Both the position numbers and the translations under genes were made by a program. A stretch of 64,000 nucleotides of DNA from Nitrospirota bacterium (GTDB lineage: Bacteria; Nitrospirota; UBA9217): assembly GCA_963818475.1 (NCBI GenBank), contig CAWFSF010000002.1:160001-224000 (forward strand), written 5' to 3'. Below the pieces are notes generated by a model. It ran no database searches, was not told the DNA's origin, and saw only the letters and a program-made list of their open reading frames with translations. The first letter of the stretch is position 1. Every line of letters starts with the position of its first letter. Below are positions 1-9,079 of this stretch, in pieces.

Positions 1-376
1 TCTTCGACACGGAGCCGCGGCTCCGTCTTCTCGATGACCCTCGACAGGTGCGCGGCCGTCTCTTCGACCGTCGTCAGCCCCTCTCGTCTTACCGCCGCAA
101 ATTGTGATTCCAGGTCTTCCAGGAGTTTCCGACGGAGATCGAGGTCGAGCTTTTCTCTCCCCCGAAAATCAGCCTGGCGCCGACATCCAGACGCGGGTTC
201 ACTTTCACGTCGATCGAGAGCTCTCTTCCCGCAGCAACCGACAGCTTTGCCTTGAGTTGATTCACGAGGAGAGGATCAAGGGGTATCTGGGTCTCCAGGA
301 CCACAACGGGCTCGCGCAGGCCTTTCAAGAGGGGGCCCAGGGCAGACTCTTCACGCTTATTTCGGTTCTCTTCCAT
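1..376 (-). CDS. ATP synthase delta-like domain probably fused to the N-terminus of subunit alpha (runs off window; frameshift near 151-154)
   Basis: 89..376 resembles the delta/OSCP C-terminal domain (LKAKLSVAAGRELSIDVKVNPRLDVGARL). Adding one base in the A-run continues as KKLDLDLRRKLLEDLESQF...LSRVIEKTEPRLRVEE, which resembles the alpha N-terminus. It lies at the atpH/atpA position of the operon. Confidence 0.6.
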
Positions 377-434
377 GGTTAACGCCGATATCAGCAGGGC
401 GGTTTACCGCATCCGCTGTATTGACAGGTTATGC
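377..434 (-). mobile_element. attC recombination site (integron cassette boundary)
   Basis: Minus strand GCATAAC-CTGTCA-ATACAGCGGATGCGG-TAAA-CCGCCCTGCTGAT-ATCGGC-GTTAACC: AAC...GTT core ends, imperfect inner palindrome with extra bases, 58 bp, 26 bp after the ALDH stop. Confidence 0.7.
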
Positions 435-460
435 AAGCTTCATTTGCTCTATTGATGAAT

Positions 461-1861
461 TTATAAATATTTCTTAAAGTGTTCCAACTTGTCCTTGTAA
501 GGAGGATAGCGCAGTTTAATATCAGCCAAGAAAGGTTTCCTCATCACCCCTTTTAAATTAGAAAAAGTATCAAAACTGAACCTGCCATGATATTTGCCGA
601 TTCCGCTGTCACCTACGCCACCAAAAGGGAGGGTATAGTTTAGTTGATGAACAAAGGTTTCATTGATACAAGCACCTCCTGATGTGGTCTCTTTTAAAAC
701 TTTTTCCTGTTTACTTTTGCTTCTCGAGAAAAAAAATAGGGCGAGTGGCTTTGGCCGTCCATTGACAATTGAAATAGCCTCTTCCAAATCTTGGTACTCA
801 AGTACCGGGAGGATAGGGCCAAATATTTCTTCCTCCATAATCTTATGATCTAACGATACATTGTCGACGACTGTTGGAGCAATGTAACAATCATCTGCAT
901 TTGTCTCACCGCCTATGATGATGTCTCCTCCGTGAAGCAGTTCTGCAAGACGATTAAAGTGTTTTTTATTTATAATTCGTGCATAATCAGAACTCTTAGA
1001 TGGATCGTTGCCATAAAATTCATTAATCCATTTTTTTATGCTTTCTAGCAGTATCTCTTTTATAGTTTTGTTAACTAACAGATAATCTGTCGTCATGCAG
1101 GTCTGACCGGCATTAAAAAACTTTCCCCACGCTATCCTTTTAGCTGTTTTCTCCACATGGACATCATTATCGACAATACACGGGTTCTTTCCGCCAAGTT
1201 CCAGGGTAACAGGTGTAAGGTGTTTTGCCGCAGCCTCCATAATTATTTTACCAACTCGAGTTCCCCCTGTGAAAAAAATGTAATCAAATTTCTCGGCGAG
1301 AAGAGATCGAGCAGTTTCTATACCCCCCTCGACGACAGAGATAAAATCGGGATCAAAATATTCTCTGATTATCGTTGCAATGACGCTGGACGAATGAGGG
1401 GCTATCTCGGAAGGTTTTAAAACAGAACAATTTCCGGCCGCGACCGCCCCCACGAGAGGGTTGAGGGTAAGTTGAAATGGATAATTCCATGGCCCCATGA
1501 TTAATACAACTCCATAGGGTTCTGAATAAATATAACTTGTGGCTAAAAAGTGTTGCGCTACACCGTAAAAATGAGAATGTCTTAATGGGGTTTTTACTTT
1601 TTTGGGTTTTGACCATGACTTTATATTCGTTACTGCATAATCGATTTCGTTTAAAATCATACCTCGTTCGCTCGTGTAAGCTTCAAGCGGAGGTTTGTTC
1701 ATATCTGACTTACACGCTCTTAAGATAGCTTCTGTATTTTCTGAAATTGCTTTCTTTAAAATATTCAGTTGATGGATACGAAAAGAAACGTCTCTGGTCT
1801 TGCCAGAAAAAAATAATTTCCTTTGATTTCGAATAATTTCAGTATATGTAGATTTAGGCAT
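461..1861 (-). CDS. Aldehyde dehydrogenase (family 3 / YwdH-like)
   Basis: PWNYP, FTGG, LELGGKNP, NAGQTC (catalytic Cys), EEIFGP and FGGVG motifs; markedly AT-richer than its neighbours. Confidence 0.95.
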   Translation of the reverse strand: MPKSTYTEIIRNQRKLFFSGKTRDVSFRIHQLNILKKAISENTEAILRACKSDMNKPPLEAYTSERGMILNEIDYAVTNIKSWSKPKKVKTPLRHSHFYGVAQHFLATSYIYSEPYGVVLIMGPWNYPFQLTLNPLVGAVAAGNCSVLKPSEIAPHSSSVIATIIREYFDPDFISVVEGGIETARSLLAEKFDYIFFTGGTRVGKIIMEAAAKHLTPVTLELGGKNPCIVDNDVHVEKTAKRIAWGKFFNAGQTCMTTDYLLVNKTIKEILLESIKKWINEFYGNDPSKSSDYARIINKKHFNRLAELLHGGDIIIGGETNADDCYIAPTVVDNVSLDHKIMEEEIFGPILPVLEYQDLEEAISIVNGRPKPLALFFFSRSKSKQEKVLKETTSGGACINETFVHQLNYTLPFGGVGDSGIGKYHGRFSFDTFSNLKGVMRKPFLADIKLRYPPYKDKLEHFKKYL

Positions 1862-1955
1862 AGGTCTGCTCAGATGGATCTGTTTTACGTATCCGATCTA
1901 TTTAATAAGCATGCCGTTGCAGCGTGAACCTCTCCCATACCCTATCGTACGCCGC

Positions 1956-2495
1956 TCACTGACGGGATGCGGTGCCTTCCATGTCGTCCATGCTGGCGAG
2001 AATGAGTTTTTGCGTCACTGCCCGGCGCTCGCTTTCCGTCAGTGATTCTTCGATAAAGCGACGGGTGACGAGCGTGATGAGTGTGACCAGCTGTTCGGAC
2101 GCCTCGCTGGCCACCCTTTCTTTTTCGGTCTTGATGGCCTGTCTGGCCTGGTGAAGGATCGCGTTGGCCTCCTGTTCCACCTGGTCCAGGCCGGCCCGGC
2201 GCTCTTCCTGCGCGGCGGCCCTCGCTGCCTCGATGGTCCTCTGGGCTTCCGCGCGGGCCGCAGCGGCCAGTGCAGCGGACTGTTGTTGGGCTTTCGCATA
2301 CGCCGCATCCGCTTGATCGGCCTTTTCCACATCAGCGGCAATGCGCTTGCGCCTCTCTTTCAGACCGCGGCCCACGATCCGGGGAAGGAGAAACCGGATG
2401 ATGAGGACGAGCAGGAGAAATTGCACGATCTCGACCGTAAAAATCAATGGTTCCCCGGTAATCTGGTGGAGCACTTCTTGAATCAGTTCTTTCAT
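1956..2495 (-). CDS. atpF: F0 ATP synthase subunit b
   Basis: One N-terminal TM helix followed by an Ala/Glu/Arg coiled coil (ERRKRIAADVEKA); operon context. Confidence 0.85.
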   Translation of the reverse strand: MKELIQEVLHQITGEPLIFTVEIVQFLLLVLIIRFLLPRIVGRGLKERRKRIAADVEKADQADAAYAKAQQQSAALAAAARAEAQRTIEAARAAAQEERRAGLDQVEQEANAILHQARQAIKTEKERVASEASEQLVTLITLVTRRFIEESLTESERRAVTQKLILASMDDMEGTASRQ

Positions 2496-2998
2496 GGCTG
2501 CTTTGCCGCTCCTCTGGCCGTCAGAACCCGGTTGACCACCAGCCGGAGAGCCTCCTCATCCACAGTGGTGATCATCTTGACCAGTGTCTGCTTGCTGCAC
2601 GTCAGGAGATGCTCTTTCAATCGGGCCTGTTCTGTTCCCTTGAGACGCGCCACCTCTGCCCGTCCGCTGGCAAGGATTTTTTCCGCCTCGGTGACGGCCA
2701 GAGCGCGCTTTGATTCCCGTATTCCGGCGAGCTCTTTTCTGATGTCCTCGGAAAAGCGCTCTGCCACTTCGCCTGCTTCGGCAGCGATCCTCGCAGCTTC
2801 TTCCCGCGCCTGCTCGATCAATACGTCGGCTTCCTGATACCGCGCGCGCGAGCTCTCCAGCTTGCCGGCTCTCTTTTCCATCACGTCGATCAGTGGCGTG
2901 AAGAACACTTTTTTCAGGATAAAGAAGGTCACCAGAAAGATGGCCGCTATCGCCGCCATGGTAATCGGATTCAGTTGCTCCAAAGGATTGAGATTCAT
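2492..2998 (-). CDS. F0 ATP synthase subunit b'
   Basis: TM helix, LKKVFFTPLIDVMEKR, coiled coil; ATGA overlap with atpF. Confidence 0.8.
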   Translation of the reverse strand: MNLNPLEQLNPITMAAIAAIFLVTFFILKKVFFTPLIDVMEKRAGKLESSRARYQEADVLIEQAREEAARIAAEAGEVAERFSEDIRKELAGIRESKRALAVTEAEKILASGRAEVARLKGTEQARLKEHLLTCSKQTLVKMITTVDEEALRLVVNRVLTARGAAKQP

Positions 2999-3025
2999 AT
3001 ACTGACTCCTTCGGTCCCGGGCAGA

Positions 3026-3253
3026 TTAGATCTTTGCCGCCACCATCAGCGCGATGACCAGGCAGTAGATCACCAGTGCTTCGACCAGCGCCATAGCGAC
3101 AAGCATGGCGGTAAAAAGCTGTGGAGCAATTTCCGGCTGCCTGGTCATGCCCTCGATGGCCGCATGAGATATTTTTCTCATGGCAAAAGCAGCGGCGATG
3201 GCTACTGGTACGATGGTCAGTGTTGGGATGAACACCAAGAAGATCGCTTGCAT
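3026..3253 (-). CDS. atpE: F0 ATP synthase subunit c
   Basis: 75 aa helical hairpin, RQPE loop, carboxylate in ALVEALVIY. Confidence 0.92.
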   Translation of the reverse strand: MQAIFLVFIPTLTIVPVAIAAAFAMRKISHAAIEGMTRQPEIAPQLFTAMLVAMALVEALVIYCLVIALMVAAKI

Positions 3254-3331
3254 TGATATTCCCCTTTCTGAAGCTCAGGTTCACTCCGTTCGAGAAGGCC
3301 TCCGGCTATGAGCGATGGAAAACTTTGTTCT

Positions 3332-4060
3332 TTAACGGACCGGCTCTGATGATGGTTGTTCGATTGACGAAACCCCTCGACGCTTTTCCTTTCGTGGTCG
3401 TTTCTCTTCGGTATGAATGGCCTCGGCAAGAAAATTCGTCGTCAGCAGCGTGAATACCAACGGCTGAATAAAGGCCGGTATTAACCCCAGAGCATGAATA
3501 ATCAGGGGTATCCCGTAGGGGGCCGCTTTGGCAACCAGCAGGGCGACCATGAATTCACCTCCGATATTGCCGAACAACCGCAGAGAGAGAGAAAGGGTAT
3601 GGCCGACCTCGGAAATGATCTGGAGTGGATTGGGCCAGAAGAGGTGTTTCATGGCTCCGGAAACGCCTTTGAATCTGGCGCTGATGATCGTGATTCCGAG
3701 AATGGCGATAAGGGCCAGTGTCAGCGTTCCGCTATAGTACGAGGTCGGAGGGATGTTGATGACGGGAAACGAGAGAACAGACAAAAGATTGCAGCATAAA
3801 ATGAACAGAAAGAGACTTGCAAGGAACGGCGCGATCACCGATACTCCGTCGGGGCGGATCTCCCGGGCCTGCCGCACAAACCACTCCAGGACATACTCAG
3901 CGACGTTCTGGATCGTATCGGGCACTTCCGCCAGTTTCCGCCGGGTCGCCACGAAGGCCAGCGCGATCAAGACCAGCGCCACCAGAGCGAAATTGAAGAT
4001 GACGATATAGGGCGTCAAGTGCCGCATGGTCTCAGACATGGATCCGCCTCCGGCCCCCAA
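3332..4060 (-). CDS. atpB: F0 ATP synthase subunit a
   Basis: SLSLRLFGN with the essential Arg, IQPLVFTLL; start uncertain (4060 or ~4039). Confidence 0.92.
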   Translation of the reverse strand: MGAGGGSMSETMRHLTPYIVIFNFALVALVLIALAFVATRRKLAEVPDTIQNVAEYVLEWFVRQAREIRPDGVSVIAPFLASLFLFILCCNLLSVLSFPVINIPPTSYYSGTLTLALIAILGITIISARFKGVSGAMKHLFWPNPLQIISEVGHTLSLSLRLFGNIGGEFMVALLVAKAAPYGIPLIIHALGLIPAFIQPLVFTLLTTNFLAEAIHTEEKRPRKEKRRGVSSIEQPSSEPVR

Positions 4061-4270
4061 TTACCATTCTTTCTTAAGCCTCATCATGTCACGGACAGCA
4101 AAACTAAAGGCGACCAGGATGCCGGCTCCGGTAAGATATGGAAAGGTGGTGAGCCATTTGTCCAGACCATATCCGATGGCGCCACCGGCCGCAATGTAAC
4201 TGGGGATCAACGACCAAATGGCGACGATCTTAAGCAGCTTTGTCGAGATCAGACCCTTCATGGCTCGCAT
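4061..4270 (-). CDS. AtpZ/AtpI (ATPase gene 1) family small membrane protein
   Basis: GGAIGYGLDKWLTTFP motif, 2 TM helices, upstream of atpB. Confidence 0.8.
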   Translation of the reverse strand: MRAMKGLISTKLLKIVAIWSLIPSYIAAGGAIGYGLDKWLTTFPYLTGAGILVAFSFAVRDMMRLKKEW

Positions 4271-4757
4271 GCTCCTTCTTTGCCGGCGTCAAAACCGAGA
4301 CCGGTTCTTTTTCCTCATTTTTATTTCTTTCCCCGATCGGCATGTTCTGCCAGATCTTCACGATGATGAGACCTCCGATGAGAGCGGCCAACGCATAGGC
4401 CACAAACGGCATCAGCGCCGAACTCGAAGCCTCATATGCCTGAGGGCTGCTGCCGGCCATGAAGCTTAAGTAAACGGCTAAGCCGGGCAGCGTCAGCATG
4501 CCCAGCAAGCGCGAGATCCGCGCCCTGTTCTGGAGTGAGGACAAGAACCCGATGGCAAGGGAGACGCCCGCGAGGAGCCCGAGCATACAGGGAAGGATGA
4601 ATGTCGACCATCCGAGGAAGATGGTCAAGGGAATCAGCAGGCCGAGCAGCGCCCCGAGAGTCAGCGACGTCCACAGCAGCTTCAGGAAGAAGGCCAGAAG
4701 ATATCGGTTCCGCGCTTTTTCTCTGGCTTCATCGTCGAAAAAAGTGGTGCCTTCCAT
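4230..4757 (-). CDS. Hypothetical 4-TM membrane protein heading the ATP synthase operon
   Basis: Four hydrophobic segments; overlaps the next gene. Confidence 0.6.
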   Translation of the reverse strand: MEGTTFFDDEAREKARNRYLLAFFLKLLWTSLTLGALLGLLIPLTIFLGWSTFILPCMLGLLAGVSLAIGFLSSLQNRARISRLLGMLTLPGLAVYLSFMAGSSPQAYEASSSALMPFVAYALAALIGGLIIVKIWQNMPIGERNKNEEKEPVSVLTPAKKEHASHEGSDLDKAA

Positions 4758-5266
4758 TGTGCGCCTCAGGCCCGACTACTTTTTGACAAGCAAAAAACGC
4801 TTTCGATTATAGACACTCCGATATACTGTTTTACTGTGAACCTTGTTCATTTACTTTTTAATACAAGTATATCAATCGTCTTACGGTCGGTCAATGCAAC
4901 GTTAGTCGTACTGCTCAGCGTGTTATGGAGCAAGGCCGCATTAGTGATTTTTTAACCGATGGAGGCGTTCGATGGTCTTGCCATTGGACTCGAGTGCATT
5001 GTAAGCAACGCCCGGTGATGGCATGGAACCCTGGCGCAGATGTCAAATCGCACCTGTTCCGTGATTGATTTTACGGAGAATATGGCTATAATCGATACCA
5101 GAGAGGTGAGGGACCGTGATCTGACCGTGTGGGGAGCATGATTTCGAAATGATCTGCACGGTCATCAACGACGCGGCGCGTGCATACCAAGGCGCGATCC
5201 CCGCGGATATCGTTTGCGTGTTCTTGCATCATCACTTCTTCTCATCGGTGAAGGGAGCGTACGGAC

Positions 5267-5587
5267 ATGACCGGCATACAGCGTATCCTGCAGGCAGTGA
5301 CTATGGCTATCAGCATTATGGGCGCGGCGATCGTAATCTGGGGCATTGCTGAGTCTGTCTACGCTTTTTTTGTGATGAAGATCACTCGGTCTCTTCTTAA
5401 AGACGCGATCCATGAGAGCGAGGCGATCCGGCAACGGTTGGGGGCGCATCTGCTGCTGGGGCTCGAAATCTTTATTGCCGCCAATATCATCAGTTCAGTT
5501 GCAAATCCCACGTGGGAACGCGTAGGCATCCTGGCATCTATTGTCGGCGTTCGTACGGTCCTGAGCTTTTTTTGCGGATGGAGATGA
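5267..5587 (+). CDS. DUF1622 family membrane protein (C-terminus probably frameshifted in the T-run near 5570)
   Basis: RQRLGAHLLLGLEIFIAANIISSV-NPTW...RTVLSFF signature; other frame continues LRMEM. Confidence 0.8.
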   Translation: MTGIQRILQAVTMAISIMGAAIVIWGIAESVYAFFVMKITRSLLKDAIHESEAIRQRLGAHLLLGLEIFIAANIISSVANPTWERVGILASIVGVRTVLSFFCGWR

Positions 5588-5669
5588 GAGCAGAGAGTCC
5601 GGCAGCACAACGACAGCAAAGAAGAAAACTCCTCAGGGTTATTGCTTACCTTTCTTCTCGATCACGCGC

Positions 5670-6587
5670 TTACTCCTTCAGCATCTCCTCGATCGTGATC
5701 TGCACCGATTCGCCAAGCGAAGGAAGATCGTATCCTCCTTCGAGCACAAAGACCATCGGGCAGGCAGAGGATCTCAGGATGCCCGAGACGATGCCGTGAA
5801 TCCCCTCGTGCGAGACCCGGATGTTCGCGTGGGGATCGTTGACATGGATGTCATAGCCGGCCGAGACCAGGACGAGGTCCGGGCCGAAGCGGCTGATGAC
5901 GCCGGGCAGGATGTCCTGGTACACGGCGAGGTATTCCTTATTCCCCGAGCCGGCCAGGATGGGGACGTTGTACGTGCAACCGAGGCCCTTGCCTGTGCCG
6001 CGCTCCCAGTCCTTGCCCGTTTCAGGATAGTAAGGATGCTGATGCGTGCTGAAGTAGAAGACCGAGTCGTCTTCCTCGAAGATGTGCTGCGTGCCGTTCC
6101 CGTGATGTGCGTCGAAGTCGATGATGAAGACCTTGTTGTAGCCCAGGGACCGGGCGTACCGGGCTCCGACGGCAACGTTGTTGAACAGGCAGAAACCCAT
6201 GGCCCGGTCGGCTTCGGCATGGTGACCGGGCGGCCGCACCAGACAGAAGGCGCGCTCGATCCCGCCTGACCTGCATTGTCCCACGGCTTCCATGACCGCG
6301 CCGGCAGCATGGACAGCGGCCTCGTAGCTGTCCTCGGAACAGTAAGTGTCGGGGTCGAGCTCTCCGGCATGGTGATGCATGATCCGTTCGATATGCGCGC
6401 GTGTGTGCACCATCGCGAGATCGTCGAGACCGGCCTTGCGCGGTTTAATCTGGATGAGCTTCGGCCAGAGACCCGATGCCTTGAGCGCGTTGATAATGCT
6501 GAGCAGCCGGGCCGGGGAATCGGGATGCCAGGCCGGCGGCTCATGGCGGAGGAATACCTCATCGAATACGAAGCCCACAGTACGCAT
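5670..6587 (-). CDS. Histone deacetylase family (class II-like) Zn deacetylase
   Basis: RPPGHHA, GFCLFNN, DFDAHHGNGTQ, SAGYD, LEGGY. Confidence 0.93.
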   Translation of the reverse strand: MRTVGFVFDEVFLRHEPPAWHPDSPARLLSIINALKASGLWPKLIQIKPRKAGLDDLAMVHTRAHIERIMHHHAGELDPDTYCSEDSYEAAVHAAGAVMEAVGQCRSGGIERAFCLVRPPGHHAEADRAMGFCLFNNVAVGARYARSLGYNKVFIIDFDAHHGNGTQHIFEEDDSVFYFSTHQHPYYPETGKDWERGTGKGLGCTYNVPILAGSGNKEYLAVYQDILPGVISRFGPDLVLVSAGYDIHVNDPHANIRVSHEGIHGIVSGILRSSACPMVFVLEGGYDLPSLGESVQITIEEMLKE

Positions 6588-6870
6588 GGATGGATTATAC
6601 CCCACGATCAGGTTCGCTTCAAGAAGCAGGTTCTTCCCTGGGAATGGCATGAACGACGGTGTCAGGCAGCATCTGCCGTAACAGGCTCGGGAAAGCCGGA
6701 TGGGCATGATCGCATTCGGGCAGGACAATGAGGTGTTTGGGCAGATGCAAAGAGTTCGAGGATAGCGGTAGGAATGTTCAGTTCGATAGTGTTCCGATTC
6801 GGGGTTCCCTCATGGTACGACGTCGGCACGTCCTGCAACTCCGCCCTCTTCGTTTGATACCCCCGGGAGC

Positions 6871-7776
6871 CTATTCAGCGATCAAATAAACCTGGACGCG
6901 GTTATTATTACGGTCTGCCACAAGAAGTTCGCCCTTTTCATTGATACAGGCTTGCGCCGGATATCGCAGGAGCCCTTCTGCCCATCCCATGGCCAGCTGC
7001 CGCCCCTGGAACGAACCATCCTGACCGACGATGATAATGTCGCCTCCATTCTGGTCGATCAGATAGATGGTCCCTTTCTTGTCAGTCGTGATGTTCGTCG
7101 GGAAGTTAACGCTGTCTTTCAGGCTCGTTGTTAAGGGAGAAAATTTCTTTGAATCTTTTGATGCAGAATAGATAATAGATTCAACACTGTCGACCAATAA
7201 AACCGTTTCTTTAAAATCCACCGAAAGATCGGAGATAAACCCGTAGTGTTCCGGGAAAGCAATGGTTTTCAGAAATTTTCCTTCAGCATCCAGCACCACG
7301 ACATTCTTCGAGAAAATGTCCAGAATGTAGATAGTGCCATTACCGTCGATCTTAAAGCTCCGCGGGACAAGGGTCGTAGTACCAGGCAGCCCGGCCGGCT
7401 CCAGGTATCCCTGGAACTCTCCTGCAGGACTCAGGCGTACGATACGCCGTTGTTTTTCATCGAGGGCAAAGATATTTCCGCGGGCGCCGATCTGCACTCT
7501 CACCGGATACGTAAGCTGCGGCACCTTGATCTCCTGCAGGGCTTGCGCTGTTTTGCCCTGGAACGTGTAAAGCACGAGCCTGCCGTTCCCGGTGTCCGCG
7601 ACGACAAACAATGCGTCCTTGCTGCAAGCGACCCCTTCCGGCTGCTTGAGCTGCTTTTCCTGCACATCCCGATACACAGACACGATATGCCGCAATTTCA
7701 ACGCTGCAAAGCTGTGAGTGCTCAAAGCAGAGAGAACAAACAGCGTTGTCAGAACAATTCTTATGAACATTCTCAT
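6871..7776 (-). CDS. Exported NHL-repeat beta-propeller protein
   Basis: Signal peptide; repeats PEGVA..VADTGNGR and LLVADRNNNRVQVY. Confidence 0.85.
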   Translation of the reverse strand: MRMFIRIVLTTLFVLSALSTHSFAALKLRHIVSVYRDVQEKQLKQPEGVACSKDALFVVADTGNGRLVLYTFQGKTAQALQEIKVPQLTYPVRVQIGARGNIFALDEKQRRIVRLSPAGEFQGYLEPAGLPGTTTLVPRSFKIDGNGTIYILDIFSKNVVVLDAEGKFLKTIAFPEHYGFISDLSVDFKETVLLVDSVESIIYSASKDSKKFSPLTTSLKDSVNFPTNITTDKKGTIYLIDQNGGDIIIVGQDGSFQGRQLAMGWAEGLLRYPAQACINEKGELLVADRNNNRVQVYLIAE

Positions 7777-7783
7777 GCGTGCG

Positions 7784-9079
7784 TTACCTCTTCATCTCTT
7801 GGTGGCATTGGACGCAAAGGTCCGTACCGAATTGAAAATGCATCAGGCGTTTCTGGTCCGACCCGTGAGACTTGTGGCAGCTCAGGCAATCCAGGGTGAG
7901 GTTTTTATTCCTCGGATCTGTCGCCTTTTCTCCTATCGGGTGTGACGAATGGTGCGTAAAGTCATGGCAGGTGCTGCAGAGATCAATGATCTTCGCCTCC
8001 TTCATCAGGAGGACATTATCGGATGCATGGGGAGAATGGCAGGTCGTGCACATCCCTTCCTGTACAGGATTGTGCTTGGAAAGTGCCTTTTCCTGCCTTG
8101 TGATCGTGTCCTTGTGGCAACTGCCACAGAGGCTCGTCATCGAGTCCTGTTTCAGGAGGGCCGCCCGCTTTGAGGCATGAGGGCTATGACAGTTCAGGCA
8201 GCCCCGATGATCGATCAGGGGCCAATGAATCCGGTTTTTGGACAATGCGGCATTGACCATTTCATAGTGGCATCCGCGGCAGAGCTCAAAACCGGTCTTC
8301 TTGGTCTTGAATGGCGTCGATGATGTCGGGTCTTCATGACACTGATTGCACATCTTGTTGGCGACCGGAACGTGAACGGTGTCATAAAGAAGGGCGCTTC
8401 TCATGGAACCGTGGGGATTATGGCACGAAGTGCAGTTGGAATCAGCAACAGGATAATTCTGATGGACCTTCACAAAGAACGGCTTGTCGGTCTGATGGCA
8501 GTCCTTGCAGAGACCAGGAACGTCCTTCTTGAGAAGATGGAGCGCCGTGGCCGACCCATGGGGATTGTGGCAATTCAAACATCCCGAGGTCACCGGCTTA
8601 TGCTTGCGTTTCGCCTTATCGAGGGAGTCACCCAGTTCCTTGTGGCAATCCAGGCAGAGTTTGTTGCCGGAAAGCTTAAGATTGAACTTGTTGGCCGCTG
8701 CATGGGGATCATGGCATTTGACGCAATTGCCCTCTGTAACGACCTTGTGGCTGCTCTTCGCCTTATCAGGGATCACCGACGCATGGCACGTGCTGCATAT
8801 CGCGCCGGTATCGGTCGCAAGAAGTTTGCCGTGTGAAGACGTATGCGGGCTGTGGCATCCGATACATTCTCCCTGCCTGAGCGGAGTATGCACAAATGTG
8901 TTTTTCAGCTTTTCGGAGAACGTCGAGTGACAGCCGAGGCAGATTTTACCCTCTGCTCCAGGCTTCAGCCTGAACTTGTTCTGCGCATCTGAGCGGTCAA
9001 CGGCGATCGTGAGAAAACAGGTGCTGATCAGCACGGTCAAACAGATCCAGAATTTCATATATGACATTATCCTTTTCAT
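7784..9079 (-). CDS. 16-heme periplasmic cytochrome c (paired CXXCH repeats)
   Basis: 16 CXXCH motifs counted; signal peptide; ATGA overlap with the upstream gene at 9076-9079. Confidence 0.93.
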   Translation of the reverse strand: MKRIMSYMKFWICLTVLISTCFLTIAVDRSDAQNKFRLKPGAEGKICLGCHSTFSEKLKNTFVHTPLRQGECIGCHSPHTSSHGKLLATDTGAICSTCHASVIPDKAKSSHKVVTEGNCVKCHDPHAAANKFNLKLSGNKLCLDCHKELGDSLDKAKRKHKPVTSGCLNCHNPHGSATALHLLKKDVPGLCKDCHQTDKPFFVKVHQNYPVADSNCTSCHNPHGSMRSALLYDTVHVPVANKMCNQCHEDPTSSTPFKTKKTGFELCRGCHYEMVNAALSKNRIHWPLIDHRGCLNCHSPHASKRAALLKQDSMTSLCGSCHKDTITRQEKALSKHNPVQEGMCTTCHSPHASDNVLLMKEAKIIDLCSTCHDFTHHSSHPIGEKATDPRNKNLTLDCLSCHKSHGSDQKRLMHFQFGTDLCVQCHQEMKR

